Assembly (NCBI GenBank): GCA_964276515.1
Contig: OZ193910.1
Location: 2,294,001 to 2,358,000, forward strand
Reading direction: 5' to 3'
Source of the DNA: Gordius albopunctatus
Taxonomy: Eukaryota
DNA: 64,000 bases
Within the stretch, counting starts at the first letter, position 1. Each line of letters opens with the position of its first letter. The position numbers were made by a program, and so were the translations under genes. Of this stretch, positions 23,367-34,885 are shown piece by piece. Under the pieces are notes generated by a model. It was not told the DNA's origin. It worked only from the letters and a program-made list of their open reading frames with translations, and did no database searches.

Positions 23367-26300
23367 TATAAAGTATCTGGTTTATTAGGTAACATATAAG
23401 AACCAAGTGACCATTGTAATTATAATAACACGTTTAAATAGACATTCGATTTACAAACAATTAACAATCAATTAACATTTCGTTTCAATTTGAACGCTCG
23501 AGGTCATGCCAATTAGGTAGATAGTATTTGCATACATTACATTACTCCCCCTTTTAAAGTTGCCCTCCATCGTTGTGTTCTAGAATGTTTCGCTCGGACA
23601 CGCACTTTGGTCAATCGTTTTTCTTTCCCGTAACTGATCTCCGTGTTTCCTTCTTGTATTTCCGTCTATATTAACTTCATACGTAGTCGAACTTGTTTGG
23701 GCTTCTACAAGTCCTTCCCTCCATCCCGGACTTGTGTCATTATGTACCCACACCTGCTGCTCGGGTTCGAAGAATCTTTCTTGGGTCCATCGGTTTTTAT
23801 AGTACTTTTGTTTCCAGATCGATTCTTCAACCTTGTCGCGAGTCGTTCTTCTGAGCTGGTCTAGCGTCGTACGAATCCTTCGATTGAACATCGCCTCAGT
23901 CGGACTAATACCTGTAGTCACGTTTTGACTACTACGCATGCTCATTAATACTTGTAGTAAGTTTAACGAGTCATTTACCCCCGACTTTTTATTCGCATAG
24001 AACTTACTTTTAATAGTTCTAATATATCTCTCGGCTAAACCATTAGTTTTGGGGTGGTAGGGCGGTCCCGTAAATTGAACTATGCCATTGTTTTTACAAA
24101 AAAATTTAAATTCCGTAGATTTAAATTGTGGGCCATTGTCACTGACAATATATCTAGGTAACCCAAAACGTGCAAAAATTGTCCTTAAATTTTGGATAAT
24201 TTTTGTGAGTTTATCTCGCCCAGCACCATTACTTCGGGCCATTTTGTAAACGCATCAATGCAAACTAACCAATACTTCTTATTTATGGGTCCCGCTAAGT
24301 CTATGTGTACCCATTCCCAAGGCTTGTTAGGAACGTTCCAAGCGTATAGGGGTACCTCTTTAATGTTTGGTCGTTCTTCTTGGCAATGTTTACAGGTATT
24401 AACGTATTTTTCTATGTCTACGTCAATATTATTCCAGTACACATAGTATCTCCCTAATGACTTCATAGCCACGATTCCCGGATGACCATCATGTAGAATT
24501 TTAAGAATATCTAGCTTTAATTTTTCCGGAATTATAAGTCGATCTTTATAAAATAAAAGATTATTTTCGAAAGAAATGTAATTTCTTAATTGCAGGTATT
24601 TTCGTACGTTATCGTTATTTTAAAAGACTTGCCATCTATTTTTAAATTTCCCTATAACTTCTTTTAGTACATTATCTTTTATTGTTTCCTCTACAATATT
24701 TTTTGTATTCAAAGTCAAATCATCGATTAATTGTAATTTAATTCTTCGTATATCATTATCTATGTTTAAATTATGAGGTGAATCCTTTGGGCATAACCTA
24801 GAAAGTGCATCAGCACACTGATTAGATTTCCCTGGGATGTATTTTATATCATAATCATATTGAAGTAGTTTAATTGCCCATCTTAGTAACCTATTATTGG
24901 TTATTTTACTAAGATCCCGGGTTGTCCCAAAAATATTTATAAGAGGGTGGTGATCTGTCTGAATTGTGAATTTACGACCATAAATATACTGATGGAATTT
25001 ATTTATCGCATAAATTACTGCCGATGCCTCTCTGTCGATGACGGAGTAATTTTTCTCGGCGGAATTTAGGGAACGAGAGGCGTAGGCAATAGGTTTTTTT
25101 GGCCTGAGGAAAACTTATGCGCTATAACTGCTCCTAAACCTAAATCTGACGCGTCGATTGAAATTATGATAGGCAATTCTTTTTGATAAGGCACTATAGT
25201 TTTTCTGTTTGAGATTGTAGTTTTAACTTTTTCAAAAGTTAATTTTTCTAAGTCGCCCCATACCCATTTTGTATTTATGGAAGTTAATTTGTATAAAGGA
25301 GCGCAATTTATCTGAAGGTTGGCGATAAAAGTTTCTAAATAGTTTACCAACCCAAGGAAAGAACGAAGTTCCTTTTTGTTTTCGGATGTTTTAAAATTTT
25401 TAATCTTTAGAATCTTATCCTCACTCGCTGTTATGCCTTCACTATTAATTATATGTCCTAAGTATTTGACAGACTTTTTAAATAGTTGCATTTTTGTTTG
25501 AGATGTTGTTAACCCAACTGTTTGAAAGAGATTTAATACTGTTACTAATTTGTTTAAGTGATCCTTTTCGTTTTTACCGCTAATTATAACATCGTCCATA
25601 AAGACGCTCACCCCGTGTATGTTATTAACCAATTGTCTCATAAACCTATGAAAGATAATCGGCGCTGTTTTGAGCCCAAACAGTAATCTCTTATAACGAA
25701 AATATCCTATATGCGTTGATATGTTTAAATATTTCCTTGATTTCTCATCAAGTTCAAGTTGTATAAAGGCATCTTTGAGGTCAATTATAGAAAAATTTTA
25801 CCTCCGGCTATTCTTTCAGCCACGTCGCTGAAAGTTGGTAAAATATCCTGATCTTTAGCCAAGTGTTGATTTATGGTTAAACGAAAATCACCACCTATAC
25901 GCACCTGCCCTGTTTTCTTCTTAACATTTACAGTTGGCGTAGCCCATTTAATTGGCGCTAAAGTAGGATTAATTTTTTCAATGATATCTTCGTTAAGTAG
26001 CCGTTGGAGTTCATCTTCTACAGCTTGTCGTAGTGGAAACGGTACTCTTCTCGCTGCAAACATTTTTGGCATCGCGTTATCATTGATTTCGAGTGTCACT
26101 TTGAAATCTTTTACTTTTCCTAATTTTTCGGAAAAGACGCGGGGAAACTGTTTAATAATTGCATGTACATTTGAAGGTATTTCAATAATATAGTTTAGGC
26201 AAACGACTTTGGTAGAGTTAAGTTAAATTTTGAGATAAATGGCATACCAAATATTGCTGAACTTTTACCTTTGATGAAATAAATATCTAAGTACTTTGTC

Positions 26301-27479
26301 ACACCACCAACGTCCACCTTCACTTTGGTTTTACCAAGTGTTGCAATAGCCGTTCTACCATAGCCGTATATCTTCGGAGCTTGGTAAAGTTTAGGCTTCC
26401 CGATTCGAGACCACGTTATTTCATCAATTACGCTACATGCCGCACCCGTGTCGAAGATCATTTCATAGGGCACATCGTTAATGCGTACGTTGATGTGGGC
26501 TTTGGTGTGATGATCGGAGTCGTGGTTGATGGCTGATAACGTTTTCGTCACCGTTCTACAAATTTTTGCTATATGGTTTGGTTTCCCACACCGATAACAT
26601 TTAGGTGGTGGCTTTTTCCTAAATGTACTAAATTTAGGAAAATGTACATCTTTATTGTTGAAGTTATTAAACGACTGCTTAACCTTGTTTACTTCAACAG
26701 CCCCCGATGTTTCGTGTTCTACCGAATCTAACGCCAATGCTAGATTACCTGTTTCTTCCAAATTTATGTTACCTCTCGGATACTTAGCTCTTAACTCAAT
26801 GTTGACAAATATGTCCTTTAATACCTCGTCTAGATTATTTTCAAATTTACAGTTTTTCCAAAGAAATTTCAATCGAATACTAAATTCAATAATAGTTTCG
26901 TTATTTCTACTTGCCTTATAAAATTGTTCTCTATGGTGATAAATAGAAAACTTATTGGCGAATATACTCCTAAGGGCTTTAATTATCTCATCGTAATTAG
27001 TTTCGTCTACTAATTTTGGATATAAAAAGTCTCTTATTTTTGTTAGATTGTTAAAACCTACGTAAGTGAGTAACAAAGTTTTTCGCCTTTCTCCCGTGAT
27101 ATCTCTCAACTTGAATAAGAGCTCAATATTAGATAAATAGTCATCAATCGAATTACTTGGATTATACAGAATTGAATCCTTTAATTCCTTTGAGTAATCG
27201 CAAGAAGAATTCGTCTCCGGTTTGATGTCTATCTGAAAATAATATGGATAATAAATTATTTAAGTTGAACGAGGTAGGGAGCGTCTTCTACACGAGGTTG
27301 AGTTTAAGGTCCAAGGGTTTCTAAATCCTCGTCGCCATTATAAAGTATCTGGTTTATTAGGTAACATATAAGAACCAAGTGACCATTGTAATTATAATAA
27401 CACGTTTAAATAACATTTCGTTTCAATTCGAACGCTCGAGGTCATGCCAATTAGGTAGATAGTATTTGCATACATTGCA
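23367..27479 (-). mobile_element. Full-length Ty3/Gypsy LTR retrotransposon (Mag-like), 4113 bp, frameshifted gag-pol
   Basis: 5' LTR 27339-27479, 3' LTR 23367-23541; PBS TGGCGACGAGG; PPT AAAAGGGGGAGTA; 5-bp TSD CCATG; CYRCGKPNH knuckle, FDTGA protease, FMDD RT, DAS RNase H, H/C and DDE integrase motifs in Gypsy order. Confidence 0.95.
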
Positions 27480-29245
27480 CCATGTATTATTTTTATAAAC
27501 CCATTCTTTATAAAAATATTCGCAAAACTTTGAGGCTTTAGATGACCATTTTTTCAAGAGGTTTTGATACAATTGTAATGTATTTATATCATCTAAAATT
27601 TCTTTCTGGTATAATTTATCAGCTAGTATAACCTAATCATAAAATAGTTAACAATAATATATTTACCTTTTTTTCTATATTTATACGGACATGAGCCCAA
27701 CAAATGACAATTGTGTCTTTTCCAAAGACAGATTTAAATGCATTATGTATGGAAATTGCCCCATTTGTAATTAATACATCTCACTTGGGAGTTGTATTAT
27801 TAATAGATTTAACTCCATTGATTAAAGTGTTAAATAAAAATATATAATCTTCTTCGTTTTCATTACAACATAGAGACATTCCCAAAATATGGAAATGCCT
27901 ATCATAGTCAGTTATTCTAATTATTAATAATAGATAACCTTGCCAGGTTATTTTGTATGTTGCATCGGCATGCAATATATCTGAAAACTGACTGTTTAAT
28001 AAAAGCCTAAAACTAACAGATTATAAATAACTAAATACCTTTTTGTTGACATGAAAAATTTGAAATTGGAATCTTCGTATGACACCATGTAAGATTCAAT
28101 ATATAATTCATCATCATCAAAGGGTATTTGAGAATGAGCAATCATCCACTGCTCCAACTCTCCTAAACTAATTGTTGACACACCATATTTATTCCTTCTC
28201 AATACAGTTAATGTATTTCTTAGCTGAGCCAATAAAATATTATAATTCATTTTGTTGAGATTATGCATAATAGGTTTAGGCTTGAGTCCTAAATCAAACA
28301 GTTTTTTTTATCTCATCTTTAATTTCATTATTTTTTTTAAGCTTGTCAGTATTTTCGGTATGAGTATGAGATGAAGTTGATGTGTATACAATAACTTTTA
28401 TCTGATATAGATTCATATAATATATATATTCGAGCTGCACATTGTGGCCATCTACACTTAACTTTGTTGCACCTTAAAAATGATTATATAAGTCATAATA
28501 TTATACCTGTAATACACTTTTGTACCCTCTTCACTGTTGTTTTTATACCATAGCCCCTCAGCCATCCTCGACATATTTCTTTGCTTCTTCAGCCTTTTCA
28601 TAAGTGGAAACCTTTTGCCAAATGATATTATTACGTCTACATTTGATTTGATTTGGTAATTTGTCCTTAACAACTTCTTCACTACTATCAGATTCATATG
28701 GATCAAGAGTCTGATAACCTGAGAATGTAGGTTACATGTTCATCAAGTTAAATTTGAAAGTAGCGCCAAAGGGAAGTACAGTTTTAGGAAAAAAAGCTTT
28801 TTGCTATTGATATATAAACGCAAAAATATCATATTTTAAGGAGACGACTGGTAATCCACGCCCTACTATGTAGCCTTCTCTAGCTTAGTTTGCGAGTTCG
28901 AGACTCGCTTATACCGATATTTTATTTTGAAAATAATTTTAAATAACTGTGCAAAAATCATATTTAATGAACAGCATCGTAATAAATAACTGAACAAATG
29001 AATTTAATACTGTACAAAAAATTTTTTTACTTAATATTATTTTTTTACTGAGCATTTAATTATTTTACTGTGCATTTTATGATTTTACTGTGTATTTGAT
29101 TATTTTACTGTGCATTTGAATTTTCTACTGCGCGAAAATTTAATTTTTTACTGGGCACATTAATTTGTTCTCATTTAAATTCATTTCGTGTAATTCATTT
29201 GCAAAACTCTATATTTCAAATTGAATGTGATCTGATACTGTATGC

Positions 29246-29451
29246 TAGTGTTGAAAAAACGGCTGGGTTTGTTTGATCAACCTTTGGTTTTAGTAGCCTA
29301 AACATAAACAGACCAAAGGTTCGACCAAAAACCTTTGGTCTATTAATGAGGAGACTAATAAAAACAGACGAAAAAACCTTTGGTTCGTTTATGTTTAATC
29401 GACTAAAACCAAAGGTCGACCAAACAAAACCCAGCCGTTACTACAACACTA
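29246..29451. mobile_element. hAT-type MITE (family also at 49173-49354 and 61731-62118)
   Basis: TIRs TAGTGTTG..AACGGCTGGG / CCCAGCCGTT..CAACACTA; perfect 8-bp TSD CTGTATGC. Confidence 0.88.
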
Positions 29452-30099
29452 CTGTATGCTATCATATACATATCTATAATAAATCATGAAAATAAATTTA
29501 GTAATCAAAATCTGTGGAATCCATTAGTTTCATGAATCGCACATTAATTTGTTGATTAAATTTTAAAGAGGGGCAAAATTACCATTTTTTTTAATTTTTG
29601 CCATAATTTGATAAAATATCTAAGATTTTTTATAGGTGGGGGCAGCCGCCCCTCCCTGCCACCCCCTGGCTACGCCCATGCACAACGCAATTTTTCTTAT
29701 TCTCCCGTTGGATATCAAAATTTGAAACACGCTCAGAAGGGATTCGGTTAAATTTTTTTTAGCACTTTCGGGTCGGGTATTGTAATCTCATTTTTAACTA
29801 GATATATAGTATTTTTGACACTCAACCGAGCCAGAAATTCCTTGTAGTGGTGATTGAGCTTGTGTACTCTCGTGATCAAAGAAGCTATATCATTGGTAGC
29901 CAAACACAATTTTTTGTGTTTGTTACTAGTGTGGTCACCTTATTGGCAAGGTTCTTGGTGAAGGGTCAGACTCAAATTTCTTGGCTTTTTTAGGGAGTAC
30001 TAGTGAAATGGAAGTGCTAGATTAAGCCTATCAATACGAGTGGTCTAAAGAAAAGTTTAATTCACCAAAATTACGGCATCATAAAGAATAGTAGGTAGT

Positions 30100-32675
30100 C
30101 AAGCGTCAAAATCTAACATAGTTCCGTCAGGCTTGGAAGGCCGGGATATCAATACTCCCTCATTCCATAAAAACCAAAATTTATACTATGAAAGTTCGTA
30201 ATAATGAAAGTAATGAAAGCGCTAGGGCGTCCTCCGTAAACGACGCGCATGGTAGGCGCCCGTGTCATGTGAAAAGTCAAGCAGGGTCACTACATCTTCC
30301 GCAAACGGATGTAGTTAAAGAAACTAGTTTGCTAAGGACGAGATTTAGAGTGGGCTCGCTAAATGTTGGAACGATGAAAGCAAAATGCCGAGAAGTTGCT
30401 GACACCCTCAGCAAGCGACGGGTCGATATAGCGTGTATACAGGAAACAAGAGGGAAAGGCGCAAAAGCAAGGATGATAGGTGAAGGTTATAAACTTTACT
30501 TCAATGACCTAGAAACGAATAAAAATGGCGTGGCAATCATATTAGCTTCCCATCTGCAAGATAAAGTCATTGAGGTACAAAGAAAAAGTGGGCGACTCTT
30601 GATGTTGAAACTATCCATAGAATGTCAAATGATTAATGTATTTTCCGGATATGCTCCGCAAACAGGATGCACAGATGAAGAAAAGGAGGACTTTCGAAAA
30701 GAATTAGACGAAACGCTGCGAATGATACCCAGAGCTGAGATAGTTATAATTGGAGCCGATATGAATGGTCACGTAGGCAAAACAAGAGAAGGATTTGAAC
30801 GGTACCATGGTGGAAATAGATACGGAGCGAGAAACGATGAAGGCGACAAAATATTGAAAATAGCCGTAGCTGTTGATTTGGCCATCACAAATACCTTCTT
30901 CAAAAAGAATTTAAATAACATAATAACGTACAAAAGTGGAAATCAATCTTCGCTGATTGACTTCCTCCTAATATCAAGAAAGGAATTAAAGAATGTACGA
31001 GATTGTAAGGTGATACCAGGTGAAGCTATTGCAGCTCAGCATAGACTTGTTGTGATGGACTATACCATCTCCAAGGCTAAAACACAAAAGCCAAATAGAT
31101 TAAATGGGAAAATCAATTGGTTCCGACTACTAAAATTGAAAGATATTTACAATGACCAAATAGTTGAAAGGCTGCAAATAGATGATCAGCAGAATGCTAA
31201 CGATATGTGGAATAACATAGCTAACACGGTACGATCAGTAGCGAGATGTGTTCTAGGAGAAGGTAAACCAGGTATACAAAAAGATAAGGAGACGTGGTGG
31301 TGGAACGAAGACGTGCAACGCCTGGTCAAGTTGAAAAGAAAGCTTTACAAATTATGGTCAGGCAACAGAAATGAGGAAACACGATTGGCATATGTGAAAG
31401 CTAAAAATGAGGCAATACATTGTGTAGACAAGGCTAAAACAGAGGTCTACAAAAATTTGAATGCTAAGTTAACCAGTAAAGAGAAAGGGAAAGAATGATC
31501 TACAAAATCGCAAAGACCAGGCAAGGAACTCAAAGGATGTGGTAAACGTGAAAACCATGAAGAGCAAAGATGGAATCACTCTAACTCTGGACCATCAAAT
31601 CATAGATCGTTGGGAACAATACTATAAAGAATTATTATTAAACAGTGAAAATGGGTTTTCGGACTACTTCGAAAGCAAGACCTATGAATATGACCCAGAG
31701 TTAGAAGTGACAGAGGAAGAGGTTGACCGGTTGCTTAAAAAGACGACGATGGGTAGAGCGGTGGGACCTGATAATATACCTATGGAAGCTTTTAAAATGC
31801 TAGGTCCCTTAGGTGTACATCTACTTGCAAAGCTATTTAACAAAATACTTGCAAGTGGTATGATGCCTGATGAGTGGAGGGAAAGCTATGTTATACCTAT
31901 CTATAAAATGAAGGGAGATGTACAAGAATGCAACAACTATCGAGGGATAAAGTTAACGAGTCACGTAATAAAGGTGTGGGAAAAGGTTATAGGAGCTAGA
32001 CTCCGAAAAATAATATCAATAGATGAACGACAATTTGGGTTCATGCCTGGAAAGTCGACTTCAGATGCAATACATGGTCTTAGGAGACTTATGGAATTAT
32101 ATAAGGAAAAACAAAAGGAACTTCATATGTGTTTCATTGGGATAGCCTGAGTTCCAATGGTGTACCCGACGCTTATATAATGTTAATAAAGGATATGTAT
32201 AGAAAAGCAAAAACCAAAGTTCGGACATCCAGTGGTACATCAAAGGGATTCAGTCTAAATGTCGGTGTGCATCAAGGATCGGTCCTAAGTCCATTGCTCT
32301 TCATGACAATAATGGATTCGATAAAGGACCTGAAACGCGAATCACCTTGGGCAATGCTCTTTGCGGATGATATCATACTGTGCGCAGGCTCAAACGTGGA
32401 ATCAGCAGAGCAGGTAAAAGTGTGGATGGAACGAATTGAAAGCAAAGGCCTTAGGGTAAACCGAGATAAAACTGAATATGTATGCTTGGAGTCGGGGAAT
32501 GAATATAAAGAAACACACCTGCAAATTGATGACTGGTGTTTAAGCAGCAGGAAAGAATTCAAATACCTTGGTTCGAGGGTACAATGTGATGGAGGTTTGG
32601 AAAACGAAATTAAGGCAAGAATAAACGCAGGCTGGCTAAAATTCAGGGAATTGAGTGGTGTCCTATGTGACAAGC
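30100..32675 (+). mobile_element. RTE-clade LINE (APE + RT), frameshifted and 3'-truncated
   Basis: ORFs 30188-31498 (APE), 31539-32150 (NYRGIKL, QFGFMPGKST), 32129-~32675 (GVHQGSVLSP, LFADD, FKYLGS). Confidence 0.92.
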
Positions 32676-33207
32676 ACATTTTTTCGTTAACATTAAAATA
32701 CCGTAAAGGTAAAAATAATTGTTTAGCAGACGTTTTGTCGCGTATGGGCGATAATAGGGAGAAAGCTGACAACGATATTGGGACCACGCAAACGAATGAG
32801 CATTACATTAATGTACTAAAAATTGTTGAGCTTAACAATATATTTAAGAGCTCAGAGACTGAACCGGATTTTATTGAAATAAAGGATATTTTATTGGGTA
32901 ATGATAATAATCGGTCGGTACCTTTGGCTTTTAAACATGTGCTTAACGAGCTTTATTTGGAGGATAACTTAATTAAACGAAACGAAAAAATTGTATGTTT
33001 TAAAGGTACTTCACGAAGGGCATACGGGTATTACAAAGATGAAAGACATAGCTAGAAAGTATGTCTGGTGGTCTAAAATGACGAAAGGTATTGAAAGACA
33101 GGTTCGACAATGTGAATGGTGCAAGGCAAAGTCGGCCATGCCTCGCAGAGACAAAGCGGCGAGATGGACATGTCCTAGTGAACATTGGGATCGCATTATA
33201 TTTGAAT
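32676..33207 (+). mobile_element. Gypsy pol fragment (RNase H end to integrase zinc finger)
   Basis: YRKGKNNCLADVLSR, LHEGHTGITKMK..YVWW..VRQCEWC. Confidence 0.85.
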
Positions 33208-33595
33208 TGTTGTAGAGAGGTAATAGGAGTGCGAAGTGCCTCCGGGGATACGTTGTTGACCTGCGTGTTGTCAATCAAATTATCGTTAATTGGTTGTAAC
33301 TTATTATATGCGTTGGATATACACGTTTAGACTCACTTTGCGATCATTTTATTCCAATCCTAATAGTTTATGTAAATAAAAATACAGCCTTCCAGCCTTC
33401 AACAGTGGCATCGTGGTGAAACCTACTCGGAGATGCAGAAATATAAAACAACGGCTAACATCGACGCTTTTATATTCCTTAGGAAAAATAAGACGGAGAC
33501 AGATGAGCAAAAAGCCGCGCTATTATTAACGAGCCGCGAGGGGGATGCATTCCAATTAATACTAGAGGATTATAGACCGCAAGAGTTGACCTAAT
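33208..33595 (+). mobile_element. Gypsy 5' LTR (33208-33404) + PBS + gag start, truncated
   Basis: TGTTG..CAACA ends, TATA-like and AATAAA inside, followed by TGGCATCGTGG PBS and gag-like EQKAALLLT..GDAFQLI. Confidence 0.75.
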
Positions 33596-33599
33596 TTAA

Positions 33600-34885
33600 A
33601 CACCTATACCCATTTCGAGCTATTGTCTACCATCACGAGGTATGACTTCCCCTTGAGAGGACCCATGATATCGATATGTACTTGGACCCATGGTTTATGG
33701 CTAGGTTGACACTCTATCAACGGTGCCTTCTTCGCCGCCGTGGCCGTGTAATTGCAATTCCGGCACCCTTTCGCTACGCTAAATAAGTCATCGTCGAGAG
33801 TAGGCCACCATATATACTGCCGCGTCACTTCTTGCATTCGCCTGATACCAACGTGGCCTCTATGTAGTCTTTGGAGTACGCTCCTCGTAAATTAGCCGGA
33901 ATTAATATTCGTCGCCCTTCGTATTATAATATATTATGATTTTGGCTTCATGCAACTTTGGCAGGTGTTTTTCGTAGGCGCGTTTTAGACCACACGTGAC
34001 CATTGTGTTTTGTTTACCTCTCATCCATTCTTTTAATTGACGTAGCCCCGGATCATCGAAGGTGTGTTGTCTTACTACGTCCAATGATATAAACGGATTC
34101 ATCGAGTCGTCTGGCATTTCCTTGCTAACCTGATACGCGTGTTCGTTCGGCTTCCTAGACAAGAAATCTGCCGCGTTTTCGGATCCCTTGTTGTACTCAA
34201 ACTTGGTCGTTTAGCCTGACACCATGAGCGCCCACCTAGTTAGACGAGGTGACCATTGTTCCTTGCCCCTTTTGCTCTGATCAAATATATATACTAGCGG
34301 TCTATGATCCGTCATAATTGTAGCGCTTCGTCCTTGTATATATTCATTGAACTTTTTTAGTCAATACACCACCGCAAGGGCCTCTCGTTTGATCGTCGAA
34401 TACCGGCTTTCACTATCGTTTAACGCTCTTGAAGCATAGACAACCACCCTCCAATTCTCTCCTGGTGCTCGTTGCTGTAATATGGCCCCTAACCCTGCAC
34501 CAGAGGCGTCTACGACCAGGCTAGTCTCCCAATCTCCATTAAAGTACGCCATTACGAGGGCTTTCGTAAGCGCGATGCGCCTTGTTGTTCTCAATCCCAG
34601 TTGTACACCACGTTTTTTTCCATTAGTTTCTGAATCGGGTGCACGATTTTGGCGCAGTCCTTAATGAACTTTGAAAAGTATGCTGTTAACCCAAGGAAGG
34701 ATTTTATTTCATTTTTGTTTATTAAATTTTTCCACTCTTTGACTATTTCGGCTTTATTGTCGTTGATTTTAATCCCCTTGTTACTTATTACGTATCCCAA
34801 AAAGGCTACTTCCTTCGCCCACAAGATGCTCTTGGCAATGTTTGGCACGAACCCCCACTTTTGTAACGTGTCTAGTACTTTGACT
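33600..34885 (-). mobile_element. Gypsy pol fragment (RT end, RNase H, integrase), decayed
   Basis: VAFLGYVIS, IKSFLGLTAYFSKFI, VVDASGAGLGAIL, YASRAL..EALAVV, YIWWP..CRNC..HIDIMGP. Confidence 0.88.

Larger units (their letters stand above)
21720..29172 (-). mobile_element. MULE/Mutator DNA transposon with SWIM-domain transposase, interrupted by a Gypsy element
   Basis: G..C ends with long imperfect TIRs built of CAGTAA repeats; perfect 9-bp TSD ATTTAAATT (21711-21719, 29173-29181); transposase pieces HADATYK, ICWAHV, WYEG..STNSTLESTNRLIKD, CNCPVFFKHYICKHIVG (SWIM). Confidence 0.88.

Noticed and set aside
21468..29790. Outer hAT-like element (TAGAGAACTGCACGGG start, TTCGGG repeats at both ends) enclosing the MULE
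   Set aside because: Right TIR and TSD could not be identified, so boundaries are unsupported.
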